DNA of 64,000 nt from an uncultured Bdellovibrionales bacterium (GTDB taxonomy: Bacteria > Bdellovibrionota_G > JALEGL01 > JAGRMV01): positions 49,904 to 113,903 of the forward strand of contig CAZCBX010000006.1 in NCBI GenBank assembly GCA_964497185.1. The letters run 5' to 3'. The notes beneath the pieces are model-generated. The model was given only the letters and a program-made list of their open reading frames with translations. It did not search any database and was not told the DNA's origin. Shown here one piece after another: positions 59,720 through 64,000 of the stretch. The stretch's first letter is position 1; each line of letters starts with the position of its first letter. The position numbers and the translations under genes are program-made.

Positions 59720-62248
59720 ATGAACCCATTCAATCTTAAACAATTTTCCTATCTATTTATACTTGCAAGCACTATGGTACTTACCGGATGCGGTGGAGGT
59801 TCATCTTCCGAAAATACAAATGTGCTCACTTTCGAAGAGTTTCAACCTGAAAATCAAGGCCGCTTTCAGCCCGTTATCTTAAAGCTCAATCATTTCTATT
59901 GGCATGAGTCACTTCCAGAAGGCAGCTTTCTGATTGAGGGTCAACATTACAACATTGACCCTGAAGATTTTCCCGAAGGTCTCACTTTCCAAATCCGTGT
60001 TATCGATCGCAAAAGCGCTGAGCTATCATGGCTCGGCAACGCCAAAGTCCACCATGTCAATGAAACCAAAGACATACCTTTCTCTTTCACCAAAGAAGCC
60101 TTTTGGGCCGCCAGTGAAAAAGCCTTTACCAAAGAAACCAAAGACTGGAAGCTACGCCTTCAATACGGCAAAGGGTATCAACTTTCGGGTGCCATCCACT
60201 CTTCAACACCAGGGATGATTAAAATTAAAGAACTCTCCACCGGAGGCATCACCACCATTGACATAAGCCAGAACCAAACTTTTACCCTACCCACCAAACT
60301 TGAAGACAAAGAACCCTACACCTTACAAATTGTCGAACACCCTGCTGGCCAATGCTGTTACTTGCAGCAAGGCGATGGCATTACGCAAGGTAAAGACGTT
60401 GAGGATTTGCAAATTGAATGTCAGCCAGCGCAGCTTCGCATTCCCAAAAATGTCAATGAAGCTTTTATTTCTCCCGAACAATGGTTGGTGCAACCAGGAA
60501 TCACCAACGGTTTAAATAATGTTGTAATGGCAACCGTCCAACCCGATAGCAAAACGACTCATAACAAATATGGGGATGGGGCTTTGGTTTGGCAAGCAAG
60601 TACAGACGGAGGGCCAGCAAAATTTGTATCGGTGTACAATGCCAACACCAATGCTTGGAGCCATCCGCAGCAAACCACTTTTCAAGACGCACAGTCCATT
60701 TATGGCAACGGACTCCAAGCATTTACCAGTGGCACTTCACAAACCACCATTCGCGATGACAAAGGCGTACAAGTTGCGTTGGCTGTAGACAATCAAGCCG
60801 GTGGCGGTGCGCATTTGGCACAGTTTGCCATGGGCAATCCAAACCATCTGCAAAGCGCCCAAAACTTGCAATACAATTACAACAATTATGAATTTGCCCA
60901 ACAAGACAATGGCGTATGGAACAAAACCATTTTAAAAGAAGGTAACAAACGGATCATTCAAATTTTTGTCGATGGGGCTTCCCAAGGCAATTTTACCATT
61001 CGCTACAATTTGCTAGAAAATTTTGATCCCAATCGAAATGAGTACAACCCCTCCCAAGAAAATTATGCCATCTCTATAGATCGAAACAACCTACAGTCAG
61101 ATTTTCAACCATTTATTGAAGCAAAAGTAGATGCCAAAGGTCACGGTGTGATGGTATGGACTTCCCAAACTCAAATCAACAGTGTTACCCATGAAACCAA
61201 TTTGTATATGGTCGAAATCCAAAACCATCGCCCTGTATCCCCCTTGCAGGATGTAGACAAAATAAACGATCACCCACTTGCAGATGACCATCCGCAGCTC
61301 CACATAAATGAGCAAGGCGATGCCTTACTGGTCTGGATTGAACAATACAACAACGGTTCAGAAACCCGACTCACCATCCATAAACAAGAAAAAAATGCGA
61401 AGTTCCCTTCCTGGAATCCGCCTCACAGCGCTGAATCTACAGACGATACCCTACAATGGGCCAACACCCAAATAGCGGACATCAAAGCATTTTCAAGATT
61501 TGCTGTGCATGCAGACATGAATACGCATGGAGATTTTATCATTGTTTGGACTCAAGAAGATGGCAACAACCGCGCGGACCTACACGGCATGCTTCGCAGA
61601 TTTTATACAGATCAAAAAACACTCTCCATGCACTCCAACCCCAATGCCACCAAAATTTTTGATGCAAGCAGCCACTCTGTTAATTACATTGATGCAGATG
61701 GTTTTGATGTTCAAATAAACGACAAAAAATTGTTTACAGTGGCCTATCAAGCGTACGATGACAAAGACATGACTACACAATCGATGATCATCGCGCCCAA
61801 CATCGAAAGCATCATCGTGCCCCAAGAACAGTCACCTTCTTTAAGCTTTGGCACCCACGGCCAATATGAGGTTTGGCAAAACCAAACTATGACATCCACC
61901 AGTGTATCAATCCCACAAGGTCACTCGTTCGTAAATATGAACACTGCCACCAATGGCACAGGAAGCCGCAGTTGGTACCAATTTGATCAAAGCATGTACA
62001 TACCCACACCCGACAACGGCGATGTCGAACCCCTCGAACATGTAAAAGTGCAGCTCACACAAATCGACCAGCAAGGGCAAGTTCAAATAGTATCCGAGGA
62101 CCAAATTGAGTTAGAAACCCTCACCGAAATCGAACATAGCAAAGTGGTCGGCATTGTCGACCATACGGGTTGTGGTGCAAGCACGATCATCCTTGAAGCC
62201 ACATTGACCAATGGTGCCACAGCCATTTTAAGCGGAGGATCTCAATAA
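59720..62248 (+). CDS. Large lipoprotein; N-terminal domains shared with 15354-17843, C-terminal beta-repeat region
   Basis: Lipobox LTGC then GGGSSS; repeats such as AKVDAKGHGVMVWT, LHINEQGDALLVWI, ADMNTHGDFIIVWT; GGAG upstream of ATG 59720. Confidence 0.82.
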   Translation: MNPFNLKQFSYLFILASTMVLTGCGGGSSSENTNVLTFEEFQPENQGRFQPVILKLNHFYWHESLPEGSFLIEGQHYNIDPEDFPEGLTFQIRVIDRKSAELSWLGNAKVHHVNETKDIPFSFTKEAFWAASEKAFTKETKDWKLRLQYGKGYQLSGAIHSSTPGMIKIKELSTGGITTIDISQNQTFTLPTKLEDKEPYTLQIVEHPAGQCCYLQQGDGITQGKDVEDLQIECQPAQLRIPKNVNEAFISPEQWLVQPGITNGLNNVVMATVQPDSKTTHNKYGDGALVWQASTDGGPAKFVSVYNANTNAWSHPQQTTFQDAQSIYGNGLQAFTSGTSQTTIRDDKGVQVALAVDNQAGGGAHLAQFAMGNPNHLQSAQNLQYNYNNYEFAQQDNGVWNKTILKEGNKRIIQIFVDGASQGNFTIRYNLLENFDPNRNEYNPSQENYAISIDRNNLQSDFQPFIEAKVDAKGHGVMVWTSQTQINSVTHETNLYMVEIQNHRPVSPLQDVDKINDHPLADDHPQLHINEQGDALLVWIEQYNNGSETRLTIHKQEKNAKFPSWNPPHSAESTDDTLQWANTQIADIKAFSRFAVHADMNTHGDFIIVWTQEDGNNRADLHGMLRRFYTDQKTLSMHSNPNATKIFDASSHSVNYIDADGFDVQINDKKLFTVAYQAYDDKDMTTQSMIIAPNIESIIVPQEQSPSLSFGTHGQYEVWQNQTMTSTSVSIPQGHSFVNMNTATNGTGSRSWYQFDQSMYIPTPDNGDVEPLEHVKVQLTQIDQQGQVQIVSEDQIELETLTEIEHSKVVGIVDHTGCGASTIILEATLTNGATAILSGGSQ

Positions 62249-62249
62249 A

Positions 62250-63677
62250 ATGTTTATCCAAAGATATTATTTAACCCATAAGCACAGCGCATGTTGCATG
62301 TTCTTTTTATTGTTGTTGATCACTGCATGCGGTGGAAGCAACGGCCCAACGGAAAAGCCCAACCCCAAACCACCAGGTGAGCATCCCAGCTCGCCTATTG
62401 ATCGCGTGCAACTTGAGGCGCCAGGCATGGTCAGCAGTCACCTCAATGGCACATACTGCTACGTCCGCGAAAACAACAAAGAACAAGCCATATGCAAGGG
62501 CCCTGTCAATGCCATGCATGGCGATGGTGACAACAACGATAACATTGTTCAACTGCCTGAGAATGAAAGTTATTTTGCACAAGTCCATGTCGGGGCGAAT
62601 CACGTCTGTGGCCTTACCAACAGAGGCTATGTATACTGTTGGGGTGCGGCCATGGGCCAACCACTACTGGGCTCTTCCGTCAGCCAAGCACAAGCCAAAC
62701 CCCTTCAAGTCCCCTTACCCGAAAACGTAGAATATTTTACCGATCTCATGGTAGGCCAAGCCCATAGCTGTGCACTGGCAGACAACAAAGATGTTTACTG
62801 CTGGGGTAACGGCAATGTCGGTCAACTCGGTGACGGCCAAGCCACCAACAGCACAAGCCCGGTAAAAGTCGATTTTTCTGCCATTGATTTAGAAGGTGCC
62901 CAAATCGACAATCTCAACCCATCCCAAGGCGATTTCACGTGCGCCACCACAGACACACTCCGCACGATTTGTTGGGGGGATAATGACAAAAATCAAATTC
63001 GATTCAGTTTAACCAATCAATATGATACCCCACAAGAAGTTGAATACGAAATCTACACCTTTGGTCCAGAAAACACCGAATACACAGCAAAGTATATCGA
63101 AATCCAGAGCGGTTTGGGCCACAGCTGCGGCTTAACTACTATTGACTTTGTCTGGCCCGATGAGGAAGATAATCCCACCAACAATGATACTTTAATCATT
63201 TGTTTTGGTGACAATACCTTTGGCCAAACAACCAGCAACAACTATAATAACTTCAACTTCCCCCCCGAAGATTATTTTGCCCCCTATCCATCCGCACCTC
63301 TGGCCGTGGTAACACCCGGTGAATTACCCAATTTAGAAGCCATGTTTGTGGGTAGCAATCAAACATGTGGCACATCCTATGATGAGTTTGGTCAATTAAA
63401 ATTGGGATGTTGGAGAATTGTTGAAGACTTTGAAAATCCATATCAATTCTTGTTCATTGAGAATATTGCGGAGCAAGAGCTTGTTTTTGATGCACCAATC
63501 GAAAGTTTTTCAATCGGCAATCCTTCAATTGCTATTTTAACAAATGAAAAAATAGCCATCATTGAAGGTTTAGAGAATATAAACGTATCTGGTAACCCTA
63601 TCCCATTCCACACGGATACAGCTCCTTACTCAGAAAAATTAACTTCTCTGGAATGGATACCAACCGAAGAAAACTAA
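62250..63677 (+). CDS. RCC1-repeat lipoprotein
   Basis: ITAC lipobox; G.NH.CGL...G.VYCWG, GQAHSCAL...VYCWGNG..GQLGDG. Confidence 0.88.
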   Translation: MFIQRYYLTHKHSACCMFFLLLLITACGGSNGPTEKPNPKPPGEHPSSPIDRVQLEAPGMVSSHLNGTYCYVRENNKEQAICKGPVNAMHGDGDNNDNIVQLPENESYFAQVHVGANHVCGLTNRGYVYCWGAAMGQPLLGSSVSQAQAKPLQVPLPENVEYFTDLMVGQAHSCALADNKDVYCWGNGNVGQLGDGQATNSTSPVKVDFSAIDLEGAQIDNLNPSQGDFTCATTDTLRTICWGDNDKNQIRFSLTNQYDTPQEVEYEIYTFGPENTEYTAKYIEIQSGLGHSCGLTTIDFVWPDEEDNPTNNDTLIICFGDNTFGQTTSNNYNNFNFPPEDYFAPYPSAPLAVVTPGELPNLEAMFVGSNQTCGTSYDEFGQLKLGCWRIVEDFENPYQFLFIENIAEQELVFDAPIESFSIGNPSIAILTNEKIAIIEGLENINVSGNPIPFHTDTAPYSEKLTSLEWIPTEEN

Positions 63678-63680
63678 AAA

Positions 63681-64000
63681 ATGAGCTTTTTTTCACACAC
63701 AGCTAAAAAACACTTGGATTTATATTTTATAATTTCATGTATTTTTATGGTTGCATGCAGTGACATTGACTCATCAACCCTGGACGCCAATCTAAATCCG
63801 CAAGACAATGTAAACTCGAATAACCGTATAGAGTTTAAATCGCCAGGCATGGTGAGTAGCCATCTTAACGGCACTTACTGCTATGTTCGCGAAAGCCAAA
63901 AAGAAAAAGCCATATGCAAGGGCCCTGTCAATGCCATGCATGGTGATGGTGATAACAATGATAACATTGTCGTACTTCCAGAAGGTGAAAGCTATTTTGC
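63681..64000 (+). CDS. Tandem paralog of the RCC1-repeat lipoprotein, truncated at the window edge
   Basis: Hand translation MSFFSHTAKK...MVACSD...PGMVSSHLNGTYCYVRE..KE.AICKGPVNAMHGDGDNNDNIV.LPE.ESYF matches the upstream gene. Confidence 0.88.
   Translation, partial: MSFFSHTAKKHLDLYFIISCIFMVACSDIDSSTLDANLNPQDNVNSNNRIEFKSPGMVSSHLNGTYCYVRESQKEKAICKGPVNAMHGDGDNNDNIVVLPEGESYF

Overview
Bacterial chromosomal window, most compatible with a deltaproteobacterial/Bdellovibrionota-like organism (inferred from gene content only). Left: tRNA-Leu(TAG), tig-clpP-clpX-lon, tRNA-Val(TAC). An accessory stretch follows (about 7.6-29 kb): large Ig/FN3 surface protein, YihY, TetR plus ABC1 kinase, tRNA-Asp(GTC), type IB topoisomerase, an AT-rich FG-GAP lipoprotein, a DUF4331-like pair, a 1684-aa secreted protein and an inverted-topology photolyase. 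Middle: a complete alternative complex III (actABCDEF, actG-like) plus SCO and A2-type caa3 oxidase operon. Right: housekeeping genes (msrA, type II GS, FKBP, hflKC, panD, HemQ-like, trmL, orn, folK, uppP) and a tandem lipoprotein cluster. No CRISPR array, transposase or integrase was seen. The most striking signal is non-coding. All three tRNA genes are trailed by repeats that re-copy the tRNA 3' end from a common TCC^C junction and carry an antisense copy of that tRNA's own T-loop. Inside them sits a 67-79 nt two-hairpin mini-element (TTAG-stem-CTTATG-stem-G[A/G]C) with covarying stems. It is inserted without target duplication at GG[G/T]T^CT, empty and filled sites are visible side by side, and one copy is nested in inverted orientation inside another. 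Two further families of intergenic palindromes are also present.
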